Source: an uncultured Bacilli bacterium (GTDB lineage: Bacteria; Bacillota_I; Bacilli_A; RF39; UBA660). From it: 39,733 nucleotides of DNA. The stretch is from contig CANQDM010000003.1 of NCBI GenBank assembly GCA_947591505.1, positions 1 to 39,733 of the forward strand, written 5' to 3'. Below the pieces are notes generated by a model. The model was not told the origin of the DNA. It saw only the letters and a program-made list of their open reading frames with translations, and did no database searches. Position numbers and translations under genes: made by a program. Of the stretch, positions 39,551 to 39,733 are shown piece after piece (the first letter of the stretch is position 1; each line of letters starts with the position of its first letter).

Positions 39551-39692
39551 TTATAAACAACCATCTTTGTTATAATTATTTTAGAAAAGCTAAAGGTGGT
39601 TGTTTATGAGTCTAATATATAATACCCAAAATGATTTTGCAAGTAGTTTATCTAACTTGTTAATTAGTTTAACGATATTCGAAATGATATAA
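39551..39692 (+). pseudogene. Possible truncated 5' end of an IS transposase with RBS-sequestering inverted repeat
   Basis: 18-bp IR 39551-39568/39592-39609 with TGTTATAAT in the loop and AAAGGTGG..ATG in the 3' arm; 28-codon ORF MSLIYNTQNDFASSLSNLL... Confidence 0.35.
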
Positions 39693-39733
39693 AATTTTGA
39701 TTTGGATATTCGAAATTAGAAATAACCGATAAA

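Overview
Very AT-rich chromosomal segment of a reduced-genome Bacilli member (standard code with TGA as stop; Bacillus-like gene order with sporulation remnants; resembles uncultured gut RF39-type Bacilli, by inference). It appears to span the replication terminus: genes are mostly on + to the left and on - to the right of a 28-bp dif site at 21258-21285, which lies 1.1 kb from a XerD-type recombinase gene. Housekeeping content: gatA/gatB, mreC/mreD, spoIVFA/FB, rplU-prp-rpmA with L21 leader, trmB, 6S RNA, tcdA, gpsA, rarA, tgt, queA, tmk, pyrH, folA, thyA, glyA, folD, ruvAB. Best candidates for something new: (1) a DUF3800 (RNase H-like) gene paired with a convergent ~145-nt structured ncRNA that has its own promoter and terminator; (2) an intact IS1595 that splits one of two tandem methyltransferase-like paralogs and carries two long interleaved helices (A-B-A'-B') in its 5' leader; (3) an unannotated 45-aa Asn/Arg/Ser-rich ORF behind a sigmaG-like promoter; (4) a partnerless HerA ATPase linked to a cadherin-like surface protein; (5) a ZnuA-like lipoprotein lacking its His ligands. 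All family calls come from motifs recognised by eye; no searches were run.
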